Assembly: GCA_964016885.1 (NCBI GenBank)
Contig: OZ024745.1
Location: forward strand, 112,902,001 to 112,966,000
Reading direction: 5' to 3'
Source of the DNA: Eledone cirrhosa
Taxonomy: Eukaryota
DNA: 64,000 nt
In this document: positions 26,996 to 39,873 of the stretch, in pieces
How the letters are laid out: each line of letters begins with the position of its first letter
Numbering within the stretch: the stretch's first letter is position 1
The notes under the pieces: model-generated
Told to the model about the DNA's origin: nothing
Databases searched by the model: none
Seen by the model: only the letters and a program-made list of their open reading frames with translations
Position numbers and translations under genes: made by a program

Positions 26996-27367
26996 CACAC
27001 ACACAAAACACTAAGCTTACAAATGAATGATATAACATACCCAGATTTCTCCTATATTTTCAGTACCTTAGCTATTTATATAAATGTGTCCTCTTTACTA
27101 TATAAGGCAGTGAGTTGGTCGAAGTAGCAGAACAGACTATCGGATTTTATTTAGTTCTCACCTATTTTTTTATGTACAATGTTTTCGTGGAGAGAACAAA
27201 TTGGATCAGCTGGACTAGTCTCAATCTTCTGTTGGAATTTCTTTAGCGACACAGTACTCTCTATAACTGTCCTTGGAGACATTGTTTATAAACCCACTGT
27301 TATTAAGGACTCGTTCAATTTGCATATATATCACGTTCTTGTCAGTTGGCATTATTAATAATTGGCA

Positions 27368-28158
27368 GGGCGGTGAATTGGCAGCATCGGTAGAGGGTTG
27401 GACGCCATGCTTTCTAGCATAGTTACGTCCCTTTACGGTCTGAGTTCAAATCCCGCCGAGGTTAACTTTGCCTTTCATCCTTACGGGGTCGATAAAATAA
27501 AGTACCAGTAATGTACTGGTTAATTACTGGCCTTGTGCCAAAAGTAGAAATAATTATTGATAATTGGTGGTAGATTGGCAGTATCGGTAGAGGGTCGGAC
27601 GCCATGCTTTGACACAAAGAGTTACGGCCCTTTCCATACTGAGTTCAAATCCCGCCGAGGTTAACTTTGCCTTTCATCCTTACAGGGTCGATAAAATAAA
27701 GTACCAGTAATACACTGGGTAATTGCTGGCCTTGTGCCAAAAGTAGAAACAATGATTAATAATTGGCAGCATCGGTAGAGAGTCGAACACCATGCTTTGC
27801 AGCATAGAGTTGCGGTCCTTTACGGTCTGAGTTCAAATCTCGCCGAGGTTAACTTTGCCTTTCATCCTTACGGGGTCGATAAAATAAAGTACCAGTAATA
27901 CACTGGATAATTGCTGGCCTTGTTCCAAAAGTAGAAACAATTATTAATAAAGTAAGGGCGGTGGATTGGCAGTATCGGTAGAGGATCGGACACTATGGCA
28001 TAGTGTTATGGCTCTTTACGTTCTGATTTCAAATCCCATCAATGTTAGCTTTGCCTTTCATCCTTACGGGGTCGATAAAATAAAGCACCAGTAATCCAAT
28101 GGGGTCGATTTAATCGACTTTCTCCTTCCCCAAGATTGCTGGCCTTGTACCTAAAGTA
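27368..28158 (+). mobile_element. Four head-to-tail SINE family 1 copies
   Basis: Units start near 27368, 27566, 27764 and 27956, joined by AATTATT(A/G)ATAA-type linkers. Confidence 0.92.
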
Positions 28159-28880
28159 CTAGCGCATTAACTGTTTTGTTTCACAGCTAAACCGTATTGA
28201 ATGTATCTATAGAGTTTTAGTCAACACTATATTTATAGACAGATGTAAGCACATTGACTTTTGATACCCGGACTAATTTCAATAGTCTGTTGGGATTTCA
28301 TCAATGACTAAGTGACTAAGCGTCTCTTTAACAGTCCACGGAGACACTACCAATAAACCATCTATTATGTTGGGCTTAAAACTCTGTTTACATATATACA
28401 GAATTATATATTACATATATACAGAGCAGAGTTAGGTAAAAAAAATGTTGATATATTTTGTAGTATAGTATAGCAAAAATATATGTAGCAGAACGTTTTT
28501 TAACGATTGGGCATGTTGAATTGTAGTGGATGATAGTAGTATATAATATTAGTCTATGTCTAAAAATAGAGACCCTATTTCTTAAAGGGTATCCCGGGAA
28601 CAAATATGGCTTCCCCATGGGAATAGTGTTAGTAGATATAAACAGAACTAGTTTCATGCTGGATCTGAAATTGTAAATGATTTCAGAAACTCTGTATGCA
28701 AGATATAACTGTAAATGAAAATGAAACCGCATTGTATAAACAAATCCCTGGTGGGTAAACAATGTTGATATTATATATTTCTCTCTTCCCCTACCCCTCT
28801 ATGTCTACTTACCCAAATATCTATTTAAACACACAAACATCCATACCGACGTACTCCTCCTGTACCCCACATACCCACCT

Positions 28881-28963
<83 letters not shown>

Positions 28964-28975
28964 TATATATATATA

Positions 28976-29166
28976 TAGGAACCAGTAAGACCCCGACAGC
29001 TGAGCTCAAGCCGTTTCGACGGCTAATTCTGGACAGAATTAGCCGTCGAAACGGCTTGAGCTCAGCTGTCGGGGTCTTACTGGTTCCTATTACCCACTCT
29101 ACTACCTCAAGTATTGAGTACTTTGGTGCGTTATGGTCCACCTGGTTCCTTACCACATTTCCTTCG

Positions 29167-29168
<2 letters not shown>
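28976..29168 (+). mobile_element. Fold-back element family C (hammerhead 3' half) between (TA)n tracts
   Basis: Perfect hairpin ~28976-29090 centred on GGAC, then an ~80-bp tail; contains GACGGCTAATTCT(GGAC)AGAATTAGCCGTC-GAA-ACGGCT(TGAGCTC)AGCTGT-C-GGGGTC. Confidence 0.8.
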
Positions 29169-29256
<88 letters not shown>

Positions 29257-29280
29257 ATTTATATATATATTTATATATAT

Positions 29281-29330
<50 letters not shown>

Positions 29331-29341
29331 ATTTATATATA

Positions 29342-29399
<58 letters not shown>

Positions 29400-29407
29400 T
29401 AAAGTTA

Positions 29408-29509
29408 GTCCTTCATCAGTGATCTTCCAACCATCATTGGTATTTCATCGCTTTAAAGACCATATACCTCCGGTTGGTGCGAGCAACGGCTAAAAAAAGT
29501 CGTTGGGAC
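29408..29509 (-). ncRNA. Non-circularly permuted (pseudoknotted) hammerhead candidate, type 1
   Basis: GTCC CAACGACT TTTTTT AGCCGTTG C TCGC A CCAACC GGA GGTAT A TGGTCT TTAAA GCGA T GAA ATACC AATGAT GGTTGG A AGATCA CTGATGA A GGAC. Confidence 0.75.
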
Positions 29510-30051
29510 ACGTAAATAAAAGGGAACACGAGAGTGTAAACAAACAAAAATGGTGAAGCAACGAAAAGTGAGGAAGAAGGAGTCAAGTCCCAAATTTCTA
29601 TGAATTTAAATTCGGTGAAATCGTGAACGAGAGAGAATAAAGACCATCAAACCTGGTTGGAATGTGAGCAAGGAAGGAATTCCGTACAGGTCTAACGGGA
29701 GGAAGAAGGGGTCTAGTCTGTGATTTCGGTGAACGTAAGTTCTGTGAAATCGTAGACGAGAGAGAGAAAAAAAGCGACCTGCCAGACCAAGGGTGCGAAC
29801 GAAAAGAATTACGCACAGGTCAAACGGGAAGAAGGAGGAGGAGGAGAGGTAGTAATAGAGCATGAGTGAGTGAAGGGTGAGGAAGAGGCTAACAGAGAGA
29901 GTGACTGCTAGAGAGGGTAAAGATACAGAGAAAGAGGAAGCAGTAAGAACGAAATAGACGTGTAACAGCGGGGAAAAAAATATGTGTAAATATGAGAAAA
30001 ACGAAAAAACATGAGAAGAAAGAAGGATACTGCGTGGTTGCACATGGGTTA

Positions 30052-30955
30052 TCTATATATATAAAACTGTGGTTGTCTGTCTGTCTATCGATTTTTAGCA
30101 CACATCTCCTCTTAGAATCTCTCACGGAATTGCACCGAAATTGCTATACTTGTACATTGAGCCCTAGCGAAGACATCGGAAAAAAAAATATTTCAAATTC
30201 ACCCACCCTATGTGACGAAATCGAATATAATGTATCGATTTTTGAGCGTAAGTTATCAGTTATTTCCCTTTGTTCTGTTTACATTGAGCGTCTTACGTAA
30301 AAAATTACGCTGGCTTTCTCAGCGTTTAAAATGACATTAACACAATACACGTTCGAACACTAAGCTTCCGTTTTGCTTCATTTCCATTTAAAAGCATTTT
30401 AAAACAATATTTTTACTTGAAAACAAGTCTATTTAAAGACTACGTAAAACAAGCAAATATTTCGTCGTTAGGCGTGCAGACAGACAGTCGTGCAGACAGA
30501 CAGTCGTGCAGAGAGGTGATATAGGCGTGCAGACAGACAGTCGTGCAGAGAGGTGATATAGGCGTGTAGACAGACAGTCGTGCAGAGAGGTGATATAGGC
30601 GTGCAGACAAACAGTCGTGCAGAGAGGTGATATAGGCGTGCAGACAGACATAACTGATAATTTGGTTACGCTAATGTTTTTCTCTGCGTTGCAGTGTTTA
30701 CATTTTCGATCTTTGTTAATAAATAACCAGTGCAGTTTCTATCCCCAGCATCCTCTTTTGTTATAACATTCGGGTTATCGTTATGTTTTCTTAACTTCAT
30801 AAGGCATATTGTTGGTTGAGGGAATATTAATCAAAAACACCACATGCAAGTCTGCACAGTAGACACTACAGTTTTTAAGCCAAGAAAGAAACTTAACATT
30901 GTAACTTTAACACAGCTACTGAGCGACCCCGAGCAACGCCGGGCTTTACTGCTAG
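30052..30955 (+). mobile_element. Non-autonomous Helitron
   Basis: A|TCTATATATATAAAA 5' end; 3' GC-rich hairpin CCCGAGCAACGCCGGG about 10 nt before CTAG|T; no TSD; inserted at AT. Confidence 0.8.
30470..30650. repeat. 37-bp minisatellite inside the Helitron
   Basis: AGGCGTGCAGACAGACAGTCGTGCAGAGAGGTGATAT at 30523, 30560, 30597 and partially 30634, plus a variant first unit. Confidence 0.93.
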
Positions 30956-30978
30956 TATATGATAAAAATAGTCCTTCG

Positions 30979-31014
<36 letters not shown>

Positions 31015-31336
31015 CAGCGAACTGTAATCTGCTACACTATATTTCATCTGATGAAATATCTTCCATATGAAGTTCATCAGTGTATGGCTGTTGGTGGCTG
31101 TGGTGACGGTTGATTTCTGTGCTGGAGAAGAGGGTAATGGGAGCTTTGGTGGCAGTTATGATGGTGGTGGTAATGTTGGGGTGTGTAGTGACTAAATCGG
31201 GTGTGCTGGAGAAGCATGACAAGTAACTGAGTATAAGACATGGTTAGTAGCAATAGTGAAGAAGCGTAGAAAGAAACGCGGGTAAGAGTCGTGATGATTT
31301 AGTAATGAGGTAATGATAACAGTGATCGTATTATTA

Positions 31337-31755
31337 GGGCGGTGGATTGGCACTATCAGTAGAGCGTCGCACAATATGCTTTGCGGCATAGAGTTATGGT
31401 CCTTTACGTTCTGAGTTCAAATCCCGGCGAGGTTAGCTTTGCCTTTCATCCTTACAGGGTCGATAAAATAAAGTACCACTATCGAACTGAGGTCGATTTG
31501 ATCGACTTTTCCCTCGCCTTCAAATTGCTGGCCTTGTGTCTAAAAGTAGAAGTCATTATGAGGGCGGTGGATTGGCAGAATCGGTAGAGTGTCGGACACC
31601 CTGCTTTTCAGCATAGAGTTTCGTCCCTTTACGTTCTGAATTCAAATCCCGCCGACGTTAACTTTGCCTTTCATCCTGACGGGGTCGATAAAATAAAGTA
31701 CCAGTAATACACTGGGTAATTGCTGGCCTTGTGCCAAAAGTAGAAACAATTATTA
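31337..31755 (+). mobile_element. Two tandem SINE family 1 copies
   Basis: GGGCGGTGGATTGGCA starts at 31337 and 31562. Confidence 0.9.
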
Positions 31756-32224
31756 TTAGTAGTAGTAATGTTTTCTGCTGAGTTAAGTTTATTCCCCTTC
31801 GATATAGTAGCTAGGTCATATTGTCAATGACAGTTTTAATGAAGACACATCGATTCTCTCTCTCATCTTTTCTGAATCATTCACCTATTGTCTTACGTCT
31901 TTTAAGGGAGAGATATTTGTTGTCTGTTCCCTTTGACATCTCTAAGAAGCCATTTGCATATAAAGTATTTTATTTTTTTCATGCGAAATATTTTTTTTTG
32001 GTACATACACTCACACACAGGCACACACAGGTACACACATACACCCACGCATATGTACGCACGCACACACACACACACACATGCACACACACGCACGCTC
32101 GTTTATGTACGCACACACACTCATGCACACAAACGCATACACACACATACACACACACACATGTACACACATATATGTACATACATATATACATACATAT
32201 ATACATATATATATATATACACAT

Positions 32225-32328
<104 letters not shown>

Positions 32329-32499
32329 TGGCTGCCAACTCGTTTTCGAGTACGGCCACTACTTTATATCCATGTAGGAGAACCCCTACCGATGTGCTGA
32401 ACGAGTGTGACTTTTTAGTCCAGCCAGCAAGTTGAAAACTCTGGTACAAATACTACACTTGTGACAATTATTGACACATAGTGCTGGGCCCATGGTACC

Positions 32500-32730
32500 A
32501 TGTGACGACAAGTGCAGAGAGGTCTCCAGATATAAAGCAATGCCTGTGCCGTGAAGCTTTTATAGTGAGCAAAGGCATTGCACAAAGCCAGTCCCACTCT
32601 CTTAACCAAGATGATATTTACCAAAAAGAAGAACAAGTCAACATCATTGGATACCATCAGGGTTGCAGGTGTTATATCAGAGTTTTCCTTCTCCTAGAAT
32701 TCTGCCTTGACAAAGGCTAAGGGGTCATCT
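32500..32730 (-). mobile_element. RTE-related non-coding remnant
   Basis: Minus strand AGCCTTTGTCAAGGCAGAATTCTAGGAGAAGGAAAACTCTGA resembles the conserved RTE 5'-region motif (CTAGGAGAAGGAAAACTC). Confidence 0.45.
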
Positions 32731-33398
32731 CTCCCATCTTTACATACATGTAAAAACATTCGAAAAATTCTGTATGTAATAACTGCATGTACATATGTAC
32801 AGATACAAAACATGCACATGTAAACATAAAAAAAAAATATATGCACATGCACGCATATAACATAAAATAACATCCATACCTGCACATACACGCACGCATG
32901 CAGACATACATACATATCTACCTAGTTGATGTTGTTTAAATTCCAATGAAAGGGTCTTGTGTGTAAGAAACCGACTCTCTTTCTATTGGTAAAAAATTAT
33001 AAAGTTATAAAACCAGAAGAACATACATACATAGATATGAATTTAAAAATCTTACATTATCATTATTTTCTTATCTTTCACCCCTTTGAATCAGAGATAA
33101 TTGTTTGCTCCGAAGTGTCATCTCCTGTTAGAACGTTACCTATATTCTTGTTGGTGGATGTATCTTATTTGTATATATCAGATGAATGAATATTCCACCT
33201 AGTCACTGATTAGGTTTCAATTTACATAAAGTTGGTGTGTGGATCTATTAGCTCAGGTTGACCTTAGTGGAGTGTTTGTTATGCTTGCTTTAAATTTATG
33301 CGCTATGAGGTTGGTAAATATTTCTGGAAGAAAAAAAAAACATGTTAAACAAACATTTAAACAGATTCATGTAATTACAGAAGTTATGGGGATTAGTG

Positions 33399-33612
33399 AA
33401 GATAATTGTTTAAGAGAAGTATGCGATAGCGTTTCCTATTGCAGTTGAAGCTATATTACTGTGTTATTGATGTTTGATCGTGCAGCTGCACAATTTAGGC
33501 GCGTCAAGATAATTGTTTAAGAGACGTATGCGATATGGTTTTCTATTGCAGTTGAAGTTATTTTACTGTGCATTTGATATGTGTATCCGTGCAGCTGTAC
33601 AATGAAGGCGCG
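33399..33612. repeat. Diverged ~105-bp tandem duplication
   Basis: AAGATAATTGTTTAAGAGA...GTGCAGCTG.ACAAT..AGGCGCGT occurs twice; the second copy runs into the SINE head. Confidence 0.85.
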
Positions 33613-33924
33613 TAGCTTTGTGGTTAGGGAATCCGGCTCACGATAGTAAGGTCGTGAGTTCGATTCCTGGCAGCGCGCTGTATTCTTGAACATGACGCTG
33701 TATTTCACGTTGCTCCAGTTCACTCATCTGGCAAAAATGAGTTGTACCTGTAATTCGAAGGGTCAGCTTTGTCACATTCTGTGTCACGCCGAATCTGCCC
33801 GAGAACTACGTTAAGGGTTTGCGTGTTTGCGGAATGCTCAGGCACTTGCACGTTAATTTCACGAGCGGGCTGTACCGTTAATCGGATCAACTAGAATACT
33901 CGTCGTCGTAACCGACGGAGTGCC
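33606..33924 (+). mobile_element. CORE-type tRNA SINE (family 2), full length
   Basis: A box TAGCTTTGTGG, B box GAGTTCGATTCC, CORE-like TTCTTGAACATGACGCTGTATTTCACGTTGCTCCAGTTCACTC. Confidence 0.85.
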
Positions 33925-34852
33925 CTCCTCCACAATTTATAATCAAAAGTGATCTTAAGGTGTGTATTCCGCTTTTCCTTTTATTTAGTGTATCCAAAAT
34001 TATATTATTCCTTGTGTCCTCTGAGAGAGATTTCTCGGTTATAATAGTAGGTTGAATGACCAATCAGACGATATCAATTTGTAATATAAGCCAAATCGAT
34101 GTAACCAACTTTACCGGGATTATACAAATGATGGTTTTAGGCAAATCATGAACACTAGAACCTTCAATCTCTCTTAAATATAAGGCCATGTCGAGTGGAA
34201 GAAATCAAAGCAACGGAAATTAGAGGTGGCAAAAGCTAGAGTAAAGATGCTGACGTACGAACGAATGACATTGATTATGATTATTTGTTATAACCATTTA
34301 CTTCACACACAAAGCTAGTTTCCTATTGACAGCACAGAAGCCCAGAAATGTTTATTATATCTAGAGGGTCGGACGCCATGCTTTGACGCAAAGAGTTACG
34401 TACTTTTACGATCTGAGTTCAAATCCCGCCGAGGTTAACTTTGCCTTTCATCCTTACGGGGTCGATAAAATAAAGTAACAGTAATGTACTGGGTAATTTC
34501 TGGCCTTGTGCCAAAAGTAGAAACAATTATTTCTAAGAACTAAAACGAATATGCTTATATATATGGTTATAGCATTCAAGAAAGGGAATGTGACTGTGAC
34601 ATTCATGCTTTTACAGGGGCATTTAAAAAGAGAGCTTCTGTCCTTATTGCCAATAAACACGAAATTTAATGCATCTGACATAAAGCAATATTGACATACA
34701 GAATGTAGTGATGGAATAGAACTAAGTGTATGTTACTTTCTTCTACGTTCTGATTCCAATTTTAGTGGGTTTCATTTTCCTTTTTATCTATCTGGAATCT
34801 ATAAAGTTAGAATACTCCCCTGATTTATGGTCTCCTCAGTTTCAGCACTGTA

Positions 34853-34986
<134 letters not shown>

Positions 34987-36214
34987 TTAAAAGGAACAGA
35001 ATGATTTCACTTGTAGTTCTAAACAATTTAATTTATATTATACTTTTACCCACCTCCCACCCCACACACACATATATATATATATAGATATATAGATATA
35101 ATGGAGATAGAAGATGTTGAAGGTCATAGTGACTAATTATCAAAGGTGTCAGTCTCTTAGCTGAAGTTTATGATGTTGTGCTTTGGGTAAAGGCAAATTA
35201 TTGCAAAAAGAAATATAAACATATTTTTATTTGCCGGCAAACGTGGTTGTAAGAAGGAAATGAAAAGAACATTCTTTGCGATTGAGTGCCAAGCTAAATA
35301 GAAATAACGTTTCTAGTTTGATGGCGTTGAAACTGAATCCTCACAAAAACAGGAATACATACATATATATGTGGAGGTAAATTACTGCCAGACAAGAGGC
35401 ATAGCATACTTTGCTAGCTATTCTTTTGTGTAGAAAGAACATCAACATCTGCTTCTTTATTTTCACAACATATATCCGCCAAAATAATATAACTGTTTAA
35501 TGTTATAAATGTCATTCTTTTCTGATTCAGATTATAAATAATTCAAGCGACTTTTGTTTTTATATTGCATATAGCACAATATATCAAGCACAGCACTGCC
35601 AATTTTGATGTTACATCTTAAAGGACATTTATGAGCAATAACTAATTCTGGACGTAGAGTTGGCAGAAACTGATGAAAAACAAAATTAATAATTGGTAAT
35701 ATTTAATTTCAGCACCCTACCCTGTGGGTGTAGCCTTTCCATTGCATATGATTCTGGGTTGATAAAATAATTAATGAAGTGATGTCAATTTAATCGTCTA
35801 TATCATGCCCACATTATAGATCAATAATTTACTATCTGTCTCCAATGTAAAACGTCATGAATGGCTTAATCAGTACAGTTTGGTACAAGGGACATCAGTT
35901 GTTCATATCTTGTTATTATAGTAGATCGGTACAACAATCTAATTGGCGGCAAAACTGACGAATGTTTCATTCTTGAAATACTTATCTTAATTTTTCAGTT
36001 GAAAAGTATAAGATATTATTTGCTAATTTGTTATTAAACAAAAATTATTTGCAGCATTACAGATCCATAATCTTTTCAAACAGTATTCTAGTATAGTATT
36101 TTTTTTAAACAACCAAGAGACAACAATGCTAACCGTTAAACATTGTCCGGTTATATTGTTAGTTATTTATTGAGTATATTTGTCAGTATATATATATGTA
36201 TAGATGTGTGTCAG

Positions 36215-36309
<95 letters not shown>

Positions 36310-36315
36310 AAATGA

Positions 36316-36416
36316 GTCCCTCATCAGTGATTTGCCGACGATCATAGATATTTCATTGCATTAAAAATCATATACCTCACGTCGGTGCAATAATAACTAA
36401 ATTAAGTTATTAGGAC
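36316..36416 (-). ncRNA. Non-circularly permuted hammerhead candidate, type 2
   Basis: GTCC TAATAACT TAATTT AGTTATTA TTGCA CCGACG TG AGGTAT A TGATTT TTAA TGCAA T GAA ATATCT ATGAT CGTCGG C AAATCA CTGATGA G GGAC. Confidence 0.75.
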
Positions 36417-36836
36417 AATTAAAACGCGTAAAGCGAGTGAGACAAGATAACAACAAAGAGGAGAGCTAACCGTAGAGAGGAAGGGAACAAGCTACATAAT
36501 TATTCTGTTAGCATAAGCTAGGTGAATATATGAGCGCTTAGAAAAAAGACCTTTCGGGAACGAATTCAAATGTGAGAAAGAGAGAAAATGTTTTCGTCGC
36601 GAACGGGGTGAAGTGAGAAGGGGAGAAACAGTGAGTGAGTGAGTGGAAGTGTGAGGAAGAGTTAACTGACATGACAGAGGGGGCGAAAGAAAGTAGGAGA
36701 AACAGAGAGAACGAGGGAGCAGTAAGAGAGAGAGAGAGAGAGAGAAAAAAACAGAATCGCAGTTTAGGTAAATATATGTGAAAAAATGGGGAGAAGAATA
36801 CTGCAGGTTGCACATGGATAACATGTAATAAAATAA

Positions 36837-36937
36837 GTCCCTCATCAGTGATTTGCCGACGATCATAGATATTTCATTGCATTAAAAATCATATACCTCA
36901 CGTCGGTGCAATAATAACTAAATTAAGTTATTAGGAC
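36837..36937 (-). ncRNA. Non-circularly permuted hammerhead candidate, type 2 (second tandem copy)
   Basis: Identical by eye to 36316-36416. Confidence 0.75.
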
Positions 36938-36950
36938 AATTAAAACGCGT

Positions 36951-37272
36951 AAAGGACCGTAACTCTATGCTGCAAAGCATGGTGTCCGACTCTCTACCGA
37001 TACTGCCAATTATTAATAATTGTTTCTACTTTTGGCACAAGGCCAGAAATTACCCAATGTATTACTGGTACTTTATTTTATCGACCCCGTAAGGATGAAA
37101 GGCAAAGTTAACCTCGGCAGGATTTGAACTCAGACCATAAAGGGCCGTAACTTTTCGCTGCAAAGCATGGCGTCCGACCCTCTATCGATACTGCCAATCC
37201 ATCGCCATCACGTATAATAATTGTTTCTACTTTAGGCACAAGGCCAGCAAATACCCAGTACATTACTGGTAC
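36951..37272 (-). mobile_element. Tandem SINE family 1 copies (one full, two partial)
   Basis: Reverse-complement consensus. Confidence 0.85.
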
Positions 37273-37895
37273 GTATAATAATATTGATTATTTTTAGGTG
37301 GATAGTTAAAATAATGGATCTTATTTTATCGAACATTGAGTAATGAAGTACAAGACTAACTACAGCATAAATTGAACTTAGGATATAGAAAGACCTGATT
37401 TCAATAACATTACCTGAAATCACTTATTAGAATGATCTGGTGTTTTCTCTTCAACTATATTGCTTTCAAGTTTGTTTGATTAGAGCCTGAGCTGATTTGT
37501 GTAGAAAAAAAACTGAATCAACATATGCATCATATGTACTGATTTTATCGACTCCATGGGATAACATTTGAAGTCGACAGAGTTGGGTTTGGGGCTGAGG
37601 TCCATGAAGGAAAAAATGAAATATTGCAAGATATTTACTTCTGTTTTTGCCAACATCATGGCATAAAGGTCTTATACTTTCATGGAAGGAAAAATGAATA
37701 TTACAAAATTCGAGTCCCCTTGTTTACGCATTAGCTATATAAGTGAAATGGAATAATGGCACTCATGAAAATATACAGTATCACAGTCACTACTAGTCAG
37801 TGCTTGGCATTCATTTTACGACGCTAGCCTTAGATATATATACTATTTTTTTTTATCTTCTTTATAAATTGACACATGGAACGTAGAGTTTAGAG

Positions 37896-38062
37896 CAGAG
37901 TTTCCCAAACATTTTCAAACGCAGAACCCTTTTTGGTTCAGAAACTTTTGGAAGAACTCCAAAGTCTAACATTGTTAAATGGTCGTAATATAAATATACC
38001 AATCTACCGTTTTTCACGGAAACCCAGGCACCTCTTTGCGGAACCTGTTTTGGGAACCACTG
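37896..38062. mobile_element. hAT-Charlie type MITE
   Basis: TIRs CAGAGTTTCCCAAA / TTTGGGAACCACTG; 8-bp TSD GTTTAGAG / ATTTAGAG (7 of 8 match). Confidence 0.8.
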
Positions 38063-38575
38063 ATTTAGAGGAATAGGATACTTATAATATGATAGTCCCG
38101 AATCTCCTAAAAGTTCTTTGCCGCGTGAATGAATTCGTTCAACCGAATATCAAAACTGATCCACAATCTCAAACCTTGCTCTATATCAAATCGAGTTGAT
38201 ATACGGTGTTTATCTGTATGTACTATAATACTGTACACTAGTGTAGCTGTAGCTATGCTGCTTGCTATATTTTTGGATATAAGCCGAACAGGGAAGGTTT
38301 TGATTAATTGGCAGTTAATATTGATCTGACAGCATTGCCTAATCTTTTCATATTTTAATGTGGTTAAGTAGACAATAATTATGTTGGTTTGGATGATATT
38401 TGTTCTTTTCGTTTTTCTTTTATTAAAATATACAACACACATACTAGCCACCGCTTTCATACACCCATCCCTATATATATATATATATATAAATATATAT
38501 ATGTGAATAAAAAATGGCGTGCTGCATTGTTGCGAATATGAACATATGAATGAAAATAGACCGAGAAACAGGAAT

Positions 38576-38677
38576 GTCCATCATCAGTAGTCTGCTGATT
38601 ATCATTGGTATTTCTTCGCATTAAAGACTAGATACCTAAAATCAGTGCGAGCGATAACTAAATTAAGTTATCGGGAC
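38576..38677 (-). ncRNA. Non-circularly permuted hammerhead candidate, type 3
   Basis: GTCC CGATAACT TAATTT AGTTATCG C TCGCA CTGATT TTA GGTAT C TAGTCT TTAA TGCGA A GAA ATACC AATGAT AATCAG C AGACTA CTGATGA T GGAC; AUC site. Confidence 0.75.
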
Positions 38678-38803
38678 AGAGGAAAACAGAGGAAAGGAAA
38701 CAAACAACATGGTAGTAATGCAACGTAAAGCGAGGAAAAGACTCGTCTCTCTTTTCCTCTCTTTACGTTGCATTACTACCATGTTGTTTGTTTACTTTCC
38801 TCT

Positions 38804-38905
38804 GCCCCGATAACTTAATTTAGTTATCGCTCGCACTGATTTTAGGTATTTAGTCTTTAATGCAAAGAAATACCAATGATAATCAGCAGACTACTGATGA
38901 TGGAC
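38804..38905 (+). ncRNA. Non-circularly permuted hammerhead candidate, type 3, slightly decayed
   Basis: Inverted copy of 38576-38677 with GCCC for GTCC, AUU site, TGCAA for TGCGA. Confidence 0.65.
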
Positions 38906-39374
38906 ATTCCTGTTTCTCGGTCTATTTTCATTTATATATATATTTATGTATGTATTTTCCATTAACGCTTATTTACATTTCTCTATTCATCCATTAATTA
39001 TTTATTCTTTCACTTCATCTAAAATGTTAAGATAACTCAACAACCTATCACTTAGAGCTTTCGCTTTCTCTTTCCTTCCTTTTCTTTTCTCTCTCTCTTT
39101 TTTCTTATTTTTTCTTATTTTCTTCTTAAAGGTTTGCTCTTTTTTCTCTTTTTTATATCTCTCTCTCTTTTTTCTCTCTCTTGTTCTTCTCTCTCTCTCT
39201 TTCTTTCTCCGTAACCCAACAGCTTATTTAAATCTACTCTCATTTAAAAATATCCAATAAATTTACATAATAGTATAAATAAATTTATAACCCCACTATC
39301 CGGGAGCTTCCAACAGTAATGGTCGCATTCTTTAAGGGTATGTCAATATTTATTTATAAAACTGCTCTATATTA

Positions 39375-39439
39375 TATTTTATCTGATGAAAGCACACCAT
39401 AATTTAACTTGGTGTCCTTGAAATATGTATAATGAAATA
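39375..39439 (+). ncRNA. Type I hammerhead (family B) in an element ending at (TA)n near 39481
   Basis: TATTTTAT-CTGATGA-AAG C ACACCA(TAATTTAACT)TGGTGT C CTT-GAA-ATATGTAT-A-ATGAAATA. Confidence 0.8.
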
Positions 39440-39478
39440 AATATGGTTTTATAAATATAGTTTCCATTTGTTAATATC

Positions 39479-39536
<58 letters not shown>

Positions 39537-39873
39537 TTGTGTGTGTGTGTGTGTGTGCGCGTGCACATGCGCGTATAAGTATGCAAGTGAGGGTGTATGT
39601 GTGCATGTGTGAAAAATTGCCTGTGTGTGTATGTAGATGTATCTTTTAAGCTGAGATAGACAAATATGTATCATGATTAAATATCGAAATAATGACGATT
39701 GCGAAATTGGTCTGAGTAGTTAGTTGATAAATATAACATAATAGACCCCAAAATACCATAGTTCTGGCCTGTTACGTTATTAATTTTTTTCTGTTTAGTT
39801 GATTCAAAAGAAAATAGCTTTACCTCTTAGCAGGAAGTGAATTCTAAGTTTCTTTTTGTCTAAGCACTATATA

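Larger units (their letters stand above)
29397..30977 (-). mobile_element. (TA)n-flanked non-coding element with permuted hammerhead, interrupted by a Helitron
   Basis: Shares the TACTGC..GGTTGCACATGG end motif and ribozyme module with 36306-36954; after removing 30052-30955 a short terminal redundancy ATAAA..TAGTCCTTC reappears at 30962-30977. Confidence 0.7.
36306..36954 (-). mobile_element. Retrozyme/pLTR-like element with ~128-bp direct repeats, each carrying a permuted hammerhead
   Basis: ~36306-36433 repeated at ~36827-36954 (offset 521); (TA)n on the left; no coding capacity. Confidence 0.85.
38544..38937. mobile_element. Fold-back element with ~190-bp arms, each containing a permuted hammerhead
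   Basis: ~38544-38741 inverted at 38750-~38937; 8-nt loop CTCGTCTC. Confidence 0.9.

Noticed and set aside
29408-29509. Box C/D snoRNA, SECIS, HDV-like or twister reading of the pseudoknotted motif
   Set aside because: Helix order does not fit HDV or twister; UGAUGA is at the 3' end; GAAA and NUH abut helices exactly as in a hammerhead core.
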